From assembly GCA_030141605.1 (NCBI GenBank), contig JAQGDQ010001413.1:1-42113 (forward strand): a DNA stretch of 42,113 nt, in the 5' to 3' direction. Both the position numbers and the translations under genes were made by a program. Below, piece by piece: positions 11,802 to 22,159 of this stretch (position 1 is the first letter of the stretch; each line of letters opens with the position of its first letter). Source of the DNA: Tubiluchus corallicola. Taxonomy: Eukaryota > Animalia > Priapulida. Under the pieces are notes generated by a model, which was not told the DNA's origin, ran no database searches, and saw only the letters and a program-made list of their open reading frames with translations.

Positions 11802-12973
11802 CAGTAGCAGTGCTGCGCAACTGAATATAAGCAACACTAAGACTGGTCAGCGAATTGCTCGATACGTATCGGAACCGGTTTCACTCGCGCCATGCTGATT
11901 AATAATTATTTTTCGTCAGTTTCGAACAATGTGATTTAAAAATTGTTTTTTATATTTTGCTCTTCATTAGACGTCAACAATGTTAACAATGATGTTATGG
12001 CGATGAAAAAGAAAGCAATGATGACGATGACGGTGACGATGCTGACAACATTGTTTTATTTGCAACCTGTGTTCCTGAAGATCTTCTGAACACTTGCCCT
12101 AACTTTGCTAATCTTTAAAAAAAATTGATTTTAATTTGTCTAAATTTCTTGCCACCACGCTTAAGACACGTTTTGCCTGGGTAAAGTATTTTCAATGTTT
12201 TTTTAAATCAGTGGTTTACGTCATAATTAATTTAAGTGTTACAATATAAGTCATAATTATCAAAATGTTTCTTCTTTCTAATGCTAGCCTTTAGAAATGT
12301 AAATACCAATCCATAGGCGCAGCTAGCGTAACTCTCAGTCAGTGGCATCGTGCTATGGAGGCCCGGGGAGGCCCTGCCCCCCCCACCCCCCACCCCAATG
12401 TTTTACAAAATGTCAAAAATTTTGAGGGTTTCGGCAACTTGTAATGAGACCAATAAGGTGTAAAATTTTGAGGAACCGTGAAATCTCCCACTGTAGCATG
12501 ATATGCGATTATATACACACATAGGTATGATTATTGATTGAATCTAATGTCTAATTGTTGCATTGATTATCCTCTGCTCTCGTGGCTATGCCGCTAGGTA
12601 ATTGGCCATTGGCCCCTTTTCACCAATATCTAGCGAATGTAAATTTTGTTTAATTGTTATTGTATTAACAACTTCTTTGTAAAATATGTAAAAATGTTGC
12701 ATTCTTGACATTTTAGAAATGAACTAAACTAAACATTGACTTATTCACCTCGTATTAAAATACTGGAAATCTCAGTTATATTTCTTCTATCAAAATATTA
12801 CAGTAATTAACCGTTTAAAAAAGTGGCTTCCTTTTCTGAAATAAACAAAACCTGTCGTTTCTTGTTTTATGATCGATTCAGAATCGTGTGGATGAGACAG
12901 ATAATCTTCCCGTTTCAATTCCCCATTTTCCCTTAAAACGAGGCAACATTAGAACATTTATCAGGCTTATTAA

Positions 12974-13424
12974 CCCTTTCAGTCCCAAATAATTTTTTTA
13001 ATAAGAAACAATTTTTTGGCTTGGTACTTTTGTTCAGTATGTCCATCTTGTTTACACATAATACTTATTTTTTCTACCTGTGCCCGCGTGCTAAATATAG
13101 CCTGTATCCCACGGGATACATTGGGATTCAATGGAAGCATAAAATGTGCTTCATTTTGCAACTGCTGATAATTTTTTAAAGTATCTAAGACATTTAGTAT
13201 GCATGCTATGCTGATCTGTACAAAGTCGTCTCTAAAGTACTGTACCTTGCGCAGTTTTTTATGCTATGTAGATTTTCTAGTTTGCCATTTTATCACCATT
13301 TTTAGTCTATTGTTATTGCCTTGAATCAAAATAACTATTAACAGATCAAATAACTGCCAATTTTATTAATTTTAAACGCAGAAAATATTCTCGTATCCCA
13401 CGGGATGCAACGGGTATGAAAGGG
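12974..13424. mobile_element. piggyBac-type MITE, copy 1
   Basis: TTAA|CCCTTTCA...TGAAAGGG|TTAA; internal palindrome TGTATCCCACGGGATACA; inverted near-identical copy at 35217-35676. Confidence 0.92.
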
Positions 13425-13724
13425 TTAATTATTATGCCACTACAGCAAGAAAGTTCCAACTTTTTGGAACTGAAAAAGTTGGAACTGAGCTCATTTAAAA
13501 CTGAAACAGGCGCCACCTAGTAGTATTAGGGTTAGTCCTGTGTCTTTGTATCACAATTTAGTTGAGCCAGTAATCCTTGAAAGAGTTAAAGGATGGCAAG
13601 AGTTATCCCGTGGGTAATCCAGCCTTCCTGTTTCACTAATACAGATGGACAGCAAGGTGAACGAGTTCTCTTTATTACAAGGTTCCACGAAATGATTGAG
13701 CCGCTGTATGTAAAGAACTAAGAG

Positions 13725-13911
13725 AAATAGTAAGTAAATAGGTAGGTAGGTAGGTCGGTAGGTAGGTAAGTAGGTAGGTAGGTAGGTAGGTAAGTAGGTA
13801 GGTAGGTAGGTAGGTAGGTAGGTAGGTAGGCAGGCACGTAGGTAGGTAGGTAGGCAGGCAGGCACGTAGGTAGGTAGGTAGGCAGGCAGGCACGTAGGTA
13901 GGTAGGTAGGT

Positions 13912-13946
<35 letters not shown>

Positions 13947-14014
13947 TAGGTACATAACTATTTCATAAATAATTAACTTACAGTAATAATAAATAATAAA
14001 CAAGCGAATGAGTG

Positions 14015-14088
<74 letters not shown>

Positions 14089-14340
14089 TAAGTAAGTAAG
14101 GAAGGAAGGAAGGAAGGAAGGAAGGAAGGAAGGAAGTAAGCGAGTGAGTGAGTGAGTGAGTGAGTGAGTGAGTGAGTAAGCAAGCAAGCATGTAAGCAAG
14201 CAAGTAAGTAAGTAGGTAGGTAAGCAAGTAAGTTAGTAAGTAAGTAAATAAGTATATAGTAAGTAAGTAAGTAAGCCAATTAGTTAGTAAGTCAGTAAAT
14301 AGTAAGTCAGTCAGTCAGTGAGTCTGGCAGTCAGTCACTC
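13725..14340. repeat. Compound tetranucleotide microsatellite (TAGG, CAGG, CAAG, TAAG, GAAG, GAGT, CAGT)
   Basis: Visible; explains the ORFs at 13551-14279. Confidence 0.97.
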
Positions 14341-15096
14341 TGTTTTTTCTTTAACATTAAAAGAATTTAAGGTCAATTTCCTTTTAAAATTTAACCAATT
14401 TCTACAAAAATTAGATAGCTAATTTTGTGACAATAATCAGTCGGTCAGTGACTCGCTCGGTCAGTCGGTCAATAAGAAAGTAAGTAAGTAAGCAAGCAAG
14501 TTACTAATTTATCGACTACCAGCGTTTTTACACAAGTAATAATCTCCATTGTTACTACTCCCCTAGCAACAATTTTTGTACCACCCTGTATTTGTGACAA
14601 CTTTTCACATATTTTTGTACCATCCTGTATTTGTGACAACTTTTACACCTATCAGGACCATCTTTTCGTGACACCCTGTATCGCGCTGTAGGTAAATAAT
14701 TATTGTCTATTTCATGTAGATGGCGCTGTGTTCAATGGAAACCACCGTCCCTAATTTGCCTGTATTCAAGTTCAGGTAATTGCCGAACCACCCAATTCTT
14801 TTTCCCACTTCCGTTTGCTTAGCCAGTTCTGATCCCTTCCCGGATAGATCCTGGCTTCATTAGTGACGTAGTTGATGAGTGATCGTCACGGTCGATCGAC
14901 TTGTGCAGTCAGGCGTGTAAAAACAGTCGGGTAAGTGTAAAGACACAGAGGTTCAGAAACATTTGTAAATTCTGATCATGTTACTGACAGCTTCATTTGT
15001 TTAAATTAGTTTTAATGAAATCACTAAACCTGGGTAAAAGGTTAATAGGAAAAAATGCCTTCCTCTTGAGACAGTGAATTACAGTTCAGTAAATTA

Positions 15097-15420
15097 GAAA
15101 AAGAAGAAGAAGGAAGAGGAGGAGGAGGAGAAGAGAAAGAAGAAGAAGAAGGGAGAGGAGGAGAAGAGAAAGAAGAAGAAGGAAGAGAAGGAGAAGAAGA
15201 AGGAGGAGGAGGAGGAGGAGAAGAGAAGAAGAAGGAAGAAGAGGAGGAGAAGAAGAAGGAGGAGGAGGAGGAGAAGAGAAAGAAGAAGAAGGAAGAGGAG
15301 GAGAAGGAGGCGAAGAGGAAGAAGAAGAAGAAGAAATAGAAAAGGGAAAAGAAGAAAAAAAAACGAAAGAAGCAGAAGAACAAGAGAAAGAAGAAGAGGG
15401 AGAATAAGAAAAACAAGAAG
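15097..15420. repeat. Purine-rich (GAA/GGA)n tract
   Basis: Visible. Confidence 0.95.
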
Positions 15421-15740
15421 GTGTTGCCTCCTTGTGTTTGTTTTTTGCAAATCTAGGCTGTTGATAGACAGGTCAGCTAGGACAGGAAATAGGCCGTTGG
15501 CCTCATTTTGCAGACAGGATAGGAAAGAAGTCATTCTTGTTCAGTACGTCATGACGTTTTATAACAAAATTTTGTCAGTCGAGTTCTCTTTAGCAAGTTA
15601 GTAAGATGCGGCAAAGATGTAAGTTTGACTTCTTCATATTTCATAATATTATTATACATTTTCATTACAGCAGTTAATTATCCTTTTAACATTGGATTAG
15701 CAGAAAATGTTTTTATTTGCTTCAGAGTCGCACATAATAT

Positions 15741-15880
15741 GTCAGTCAGTCAGTCAGTCAGTCAGTCAGTCAGTCAGTCAGTCAGTCAGTCAGTCAGTCA
15801 GTCAGTCAGTCAGTCAGTCAGTCAGTCAGTCAGTCAGTCAGTCAGTCAGTCAGTCAGTCAGTCAGTCAGTCAGTCAGTCA
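15741..15880. repeat. Perfect (GTCA)n microsatellite
   Basis: Visible, 140 bp. Confidence 0.99.
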
Positions 15881-16252
15881 AATATGTCATGATGTGATAC
15901 TGATTTTGGGATGAGACAATGATTGCTCATTTTGGACAATAAAAAATCATAAATTACATCTAAAAGACTGTTAGACTTGTATTTAGCGCATGTCGTGCAC
16001 ACGAATATTCGGTAAGCTGCACATATTTAAAGTAGCTTAAGCAACGGGCGTTTACGAAAAGTCCACCAATTACGTCACAGTTCTTAAATGAATCACGGGA
16101 ACCACCGCGCCTATACATTAGTTCTATAAATTAACTTCATGCTTGTATAAACTTTTTTCCAAAGTCTGATTAGTAATAAGAACTGTTATTTTCCCCTAAT
16201 CTCTCCTAAAACTTTATTTTGCCTTTTGGAAAAAAGACTGATTAATCTTTAA

Positions 16253-16925
16253 AGGACAAGAAAGAAGCACCTGAAGTAGGTTTCAGAAAAATCACCTTAA
16301 AAAATTATATTACTTTACATCAATTTTATGCGTATATCTTACTCGCGCTGAAAGGAATTTTAGTTTGTTTTCATTTTAAATCTCCCTCAATACTGTTCCG
16401 AAGTCGCCATTACATGACGTCATGCACCAAACATAAATCAAGGGAAGAAAAGGCAATATTAAATTGTGTCCCAAATAACTTTCCATGCAAAATTATATTA
16501 CTTAGATTTTCGCTTACCTGCTTGAAAGACTAAAAAGAAAATTATTAATTATTTAAAATGTTTTCACCAATTGGTAAAATGTCGCTGACTCACCCTCCAG
16601 GGTGCACCACTCACTAACCAAAAAACCTACTTTTAATCTTATTGACAAGATACAATAATTTTAAATTTTATTTAGTTAGTGACTTGTGCGCTACGAATGC
16701 TCTGATTATTTTTTCAAACTTTAAAAAATGTTATCTAAACTTGTTTCAAATGATTTACCGTCAAAATGGTTGCGTCTAACGGTCATCGCGGGAGTTTAAA
16801 TTTACATGTTTTATACAGCGTTACTGCAGATTCAAGTCCTGCATGCAAAAAGGCAGTATGTAAGTGATATAAAATTTCAAAACGAATTTTTTAAGCTTTA
16901 TGTTTATGAAGGGTTCTCTTGTGCT
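16253..16925 (+). mobile_element. Kolobok-like non-autonomous element, family B
   Basis: TTAA|AGGACAAGAAA...TCTCTTGTGCT|TTAA; inverted homologues at 28721-29358, 20755-22200 and 29375-29660. Confidence 0.78.
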
Positions 16926-17300
16926 TTAAGGAAACCCCGTGACTTCTAGGAAATTTGGATTATTTCAATGATCGCGAAAAATGGAAGTATTTAGCTAGAA
17001 AATGTGTAGTAAGCGTCTCGTGTAATTAATAAAATCATTTTAAAGAGGACGTCTACTCTTCAACCAATGACGTCATTCTTCGGTTGAAAAAAATCAGCGC
17101 CCCATCAATTTCTGTCATAAGTACAATAAATTTTCACAAAAGGTTAGATCTTTTCACAAAAAAGTCCACCAGTTACGTCACAAGGGATTGGCGTCACCCT
17201 CCGCACTTGAAAATTTCTTTACTGCAGTATAATAAATAAAATTTGTGCTTTGAAGACAAGTTTTTTGCAAATTTCTTTGTTATATTTTTCTAAGTAAACA

Positions 17301-17566
17301 TCATAACAGTAAAATAAACCCATCATGCTAAGTGACTTATCCATTACTTTAACACACCACAAACAGTTTAAGTCATAACAGTAAAATAAACCCAACTACT
17401 GAGTGACTTGTTCTTTCCTGTAGCACAGCACAAACAGTTTAAGTGATAACAGTAAAATAAACCCAACATGCTGAGTAACTTGTCCTTTCCTTTAGCACAC
17501 CACAAACAGTTTAAGTGATCCCAGTAAAATAAACCCAGCATGCTAAGTGACTATCCATTCCTTTAA
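17301..17566 (+). repeat. Tandem repeat of about 72 bp (about 3.7 units) carrying the U5 PSE-like motif
   Basis: Units start at 17301, 17373, 17444 and 17516; TA(A/G)CACA(C/G)CACAAACAGTTT at 17350, 17421 and 17493. Confidence 0.9.
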
Positions 17567-18960
17567 TAATACGCTATACTAGTACACAGGCTAAAATATT
17601 ACATCCAACGAATGCAACAAAGCCATTAATTCGTCAAATAGACCTAACCACTTTATTTATGTTAATACATCATTAATCCATCATTTCATTAGAAATGCGC
17701 TGCGCATTCAATTCTAAAATGACGATGGTTTTCGGTTTCTCTGTGACACGCACGTCGCTTTACCGTAATTGCATGCCAAAGTTGATGGTGTGTCGGCGAC
17801 CTGATAACTTTCACGATTTTAGCGATTGAGCGAAGTGGCCTCAAAAATTGAAAACGAATTTTAGCAGATAATGAGAAATTATGACGAAAACCAGAAACAG
17901 AAACCACACTTAGCAGAGAAAACTGTTTTTGAGAATGACAACATACAAAATAATAAGAAAATTCTACTTACTTATTTTGGACGTGGAAAAATAAATTCTA
18001 ATTCTGGGCAAATTTTTCAGAAGGTTCTCTTCCACTGATGCTCACTGCGCTTGTAGCTTGCCTGAAAAATCCTCGAAGATCAAGAAGTGTTTATATCCGT
18101 CAGTGCTGTTCTCTGCGCTGCTCTACCGCGCATGCGCGAAAGTCATTGAAGATTCTCAAAGAAGTTTCCCCTGCCCTTACTGCCTTTATATGTTGCTATC
18201 TGACAATGATGGATCAAACAAGTATTCCCTACAGAACCACAGCCATGCCATACCATAAGCGTGGGTGGATGCAATCATTAATTAGCTCACAATAATTAAG
18301 ATCTCGTTTGTTTTAATAGCTAAACGGTGTCATTTTGCTGTAATAATAATAGCTAACATATCACAAAGTGACACCTTGCATTACGTGAGCGGGTATTTTT
18401 TCGGAAATCAAATAAATAATTGACTATAATTTTAGTTTTTTCCACAGGGTGTCTTATCTGTGGAATTCCTTACAGGGATTATTTTTCTGTAAAATACATT
18501 GACAATATCAACCGATACGAATTACTTTAACACTCTTATCAAAATATAGAATATTTATAAAAATTATGGAAAAAAGGTGGGCTAGATTTAGTCAAAATTT
18601 AAGTGGCTGTTGAAAAAATTTAATTGAAATTTCTAATTATGTCTGAATTCCAATAATGAAGAATTGTGAACATTATTAATTAACAGAAGAAAATATAAAA
18701 TTACTAAAATATAAAATATATATACTGCGTTATTGCTTTGTATGACAAGACACACTAGAATTGATGTGCACATGATGAAATGACTCGAAATCTAGCAAAT
18801 TGACATTTCATTTTTCCACAACAGGTGGCGAAATATTCACTTTCTACAAAAAGAATGTAAGTTTAATGAAATTACTTCCTGGCGAATAAATAATTAACTC
18901 ACACGATTAAGAATGAAGATGATTAAGAAATGATGCTAATTTAGGTATGTGAGCCTGCGA

Positions 18961-19083
18961 CAGCACACCACTAATAGTTGGTGAAAAACTCCCCCAATGA
19001 TTAGCACACCACAGGTAATTGGACGAAGATCCGCAATTGCAGTAACACGCCACAGACAGTTATAGAGAGGCTTCCTTTATAAA
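18961..19083 (+). promoter_or_regulatory. U5 promoter: three PSE-like 20-mers at a 41-bp period plus TATA box
   Basis: CAGCACACCACTAATAGTTG at 18961, TAGCACACCACAGGTAATTG at 19002, TAACACGCCACAGACAGTTA at 19043 (-63), TATAAA at 19078 (-28). Confidence 0.75.
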
Positions 19084-19105
19084 CCGTACACTGATCATTT
19101 ACGTT

Positions 19106-19223
19106 AACTCTGGTTTTTCTGCAGAACGCATAAATCTTTCGCCTTTTACTAAAGATTTCCGTGCAGAGGAACAAGTTAATGAGTCTTTAATAATTTCTCT
19201 ACGCCTTGCTCACCAGCAAGGTA
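19106..19223 (+). ncRNA. U5: U5 spliceosomal snRNA
   Basis: AACTCTGGTTTTTCTGCAGAACGCATAAATCTTTCGCCTTTTACTAAAGATTTCCGTGCAGAGGAAC...GCCTTGCTCACCAGCAAGGT. Loop I is invariant; differences from the other copy fall in loops or give G-U pairs. Confidence 0.93.
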
Positions 19224-19309
19224 ATAATATAGTCGAAGAAAAATACTTGTAACTGGTCACAGGTATAAAGAAATAACCTTTTCTGTAAGAGATTACATTT
19301 AGATTTTAA

Positions 19310-19954
19310 AAGATTTATTTCGCAATATACATTACATGTGCACGATAATCAGTTTTTGTTAATACAAAAATATGATACAATTCAGGAATTCTGCGCTAGA
19401 GACCTAAGAAGCTAGTTTATGGTAGGCCACTAGAATTAGTTACGAAAAAATTACATAATATACAGATATAATATATATAAATACGGGTGGGAATTAATAA
19501 AAATTTAATTATACTATAGAAGGGAAGTTTTTGAAAATGAAAAACAACAAATCATGATTGAGTGATCAGTTATATGTTTCAAGTAAGTTTAATTTATATT
19601 TTTTTTAAATATGGACAGCGAGTTGGCATTTTTAATAGCTGGAGCAATTGAATTCCATATGTAAGGGCCATTGTATTTAATAGAAAATTTTCTAACATTA
19701 GTGTTGCACTGTATGTAGTGATAGTTCAGTCTATAACGTGTACCGCAATTATGTATCTCAGCATTCAAACAAAAATAATCAGTAAATAAAGGAGGCAATA
19801 ATTTATGAGAGAATTTTTACATAAAAATGGCAGTTTGGAACTTATTAATGTCGTAAATGTTTAGAAAGTTTAGTCTTTTAAATATTGGCGGTGTATGGTC
19901 CTGATAACCAGCAAATGTTATAGCTCGCACTATTTTCTTCTGAATCAGATGAAT
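19310..19954 (-). mobile_element. 5'-truncated Crack/L2-like LINE (ORF2 C-terminus plus 3' UTR)
   Basis: LIQKKIVRAITFAGYQDHTPPIFKRLNFLNIYDINKFQTAIFM*KF...HNCGTR...FSIKYNGPYIWNSIAPAIKNANSLSIFKK; AATAAA near 19314. Confidence 0.85.
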
Positions 19955-21046
19955 AAGTGGGTTAATTTATTAAACTTTTCAAATGTATATAGGATGATAC
20001 ACGCAGAAATTTTATTTTTAGTACATATATAAGTCTAACGTATATGGTGGTAGAAACAGAAATTTCATTTTTTGTTAATGTTAATACTTTGTTAATAAAT
20101 GCATTTCTATGATACTGATATACTGCAGCTTACAATAACAGAAACCCGCAGCTTGGACAACAGGCTCAAGACAATTACTTTTTATTGCTTTCTGCATAAT
20201 GGAATATCTACCAGACGCATGTAATCGAGTAATTATTTCAGTAACTCGAGCACCTTATGGCCTCTGGGCTATTATCCCCGTAATTATTATTCCTACTAGA
20301 GAACATCAGTCGACAACATTTGCCATAAAGCGACTCTGATGTGGTAGAGCAAACGACTTATTTGTCTAAATGGATGTCTCAATTAAGATTTCCGCTATTC
20401 CCCACAGAGGATCACGTTTAATAGACACGGCACGTTTGCGTGTGATGCGTTTACTCAGAAAAGGTGAATGGGGCGGTGAAGTGTTTAGCCTGAGAGGAAA
20501 GATTTTGAAAAGGCATTTCAGGTATCTAAGATATGATAAGAGTTAATAAAATAAACTCATTACAAGTGAGCAAACACGATGTTTCAATCTTTCATTCACG
20601 GATATCAGATATTTTCAGATAAAAGAAGAAAAAAACAAATAAATAAATAAACTTTTTGATTTTGTAATAATGACTTATTCGATCACTAATACAGAAAACT
20701 TTCACTAAAACATGATAAACTGTGCTGTGGATTCTGTTCTTTGTCACTGATTAAAGGACAAGAAATCCATTTTCTTTCTTATGATATCACTTACATACTG
20801 GCTTATTGTATGCAGGCCTTGCGATAGCATTAACACAGTATAAAACTTGAAATTTAAATTCTCGCGATGACTGCTAGGTGCAGCCATTTTAACGGTAAGT
20901 CGTCTGAAACAAGTTTAAATAACATCGCATAACGTTTTAGAAAATAATCAGAGCATTCGTAACACACTCTTCAACTAATAACTAATGAAAACTATATATT
21001 ACTTCTTCATCTTGTCAATACGATTAATTAAACTTTTTTGGGTGAG

Positions 21047-21513
21047 ACAGTGACGTTTTTGGTGCATGCTGGGATAGTAAAACACTGACGTTTTTGGTGC
21101 ATGCTGGGATAGTAAAACAGTGACGTTTTTGGTGCATGCTGGGATAGTAAAACAGTGACGTTTTTGGTGCACACTGGGATAGTAAAACAGTGACGTTTTT
21201 GGTGCACACTGGGATAGTAAAACAGTGACGTTTTTGGTGCACGCTGGGATAGTAAAACAGTGACGTTTTTGGTGCACGCTGGGATAGTAAAACAGTGACG
21301 TTTTTGGTGCACGCTGGGATAGTAAAACAGTGACGTTTTTGGTGCACGCTGGGATAGTAAAACAGTGACGTTTTCGGTGCACGCTGGGATAGTAAAACAG
21401 TGATGTTTTTGGTGCACGCTGGGATAGTAAAACAGTGACGTTTTTGGTGCACGCTGGGATAGTAAAACAGTGACGTTTTTGGTGCACGCTGGGATAGTAA
21501 AACAGTGACGTTT
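21047..21513. repeat. 35-bp minisatellite, about 13 copies
   Basis: Unit CAGTGACGTTTTTGGTGCACGCTGGGATAGTAAAA; no spacers. Confidence 0.97.
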
Positions 21514-21621
21514 CTTCAGTTGGCAAGAAAATTTTAAACTTACTAAGAATGTTATTTTTCAGTTACACAAGTTTTTCAAGCAGGCAAGGCTAATGCTAAT
21601 TAATAGGAGTTTATATGGAAA

Positions 21622-22159
21622 CTCCGGCCAAATCACGTTGAAAACACCGGTTCTTGTTTGATCACCGAAGTTAAGCAACGTAGAGCCTGGTTAGTACTTG
21701 GATGGATAGGAATACCAGGTGCTGTAGGCTTGCGGGATGCCCACACTGTATCTCGGCACTAGGCGGAGGAGCTGCACAAGCAGCCAACGGCTAGAGGGCA
21801 GAGGAGGTCAAGTGACCCAACGGCCATGTGTAGAGGAGTAAACCTTCCAAATCAGGAGTGGAGCCCCGAAGGCGGACCAGTGCAGCATGCTCACTGACTC
21901 CGGCAGCTCCTGCAGCCAACCTGGTGCAAAACGTATCGCTCTGCTTTAGTTCGGACTACACCAGTGAGGAAGAGAGGGGGTTCCTGTTGTCTGTGCAACT
22001 CAGGATCTCCATACACCTTGCCCAGGCGTGTGCCCTGGAGGCGTTCAAGAATCGGACTGCTCAGCCACAGTCGACGCTGCAGCTCCATCCAAGTGATCAA
22101 TAACTGACTCTCTTGGCTCACACTCCATTGTCTTCCGAGACACAAGGATGTCAACAATG
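21622..22159 (+). mobile_element. Full-length 5S-headed, RTE-tailed SINE (SINE3)
   Basis: 5S head (C box partly deleted) and shared body. The tail encodes SRIGLLSHSRRCSSIQVINN* (22045-22107; RTE/BovB C-terminal motif), then CCATTGTCTTCCGAGAC...CAACAA. 8-bp TSD TATGGAAA at 21614-21 and 22160-67. Confidence 0.9.

Noticed and set aside
18021-18295. ORFs 18038-18295 and 18058-18258 as coding
   Set aside because: No recognisable protein; a GCGCATGCGC motif and a minus-strand donor near 17970 suggest promoter or UTR sequence.
21047-21513. CRISPR-like array (35-bp repeats; likewise the 40-bp and 39-bp arrays)
   Set aside because: Head-to-tail units with no unique spacers, no cas genes, and a eukaryotic context.
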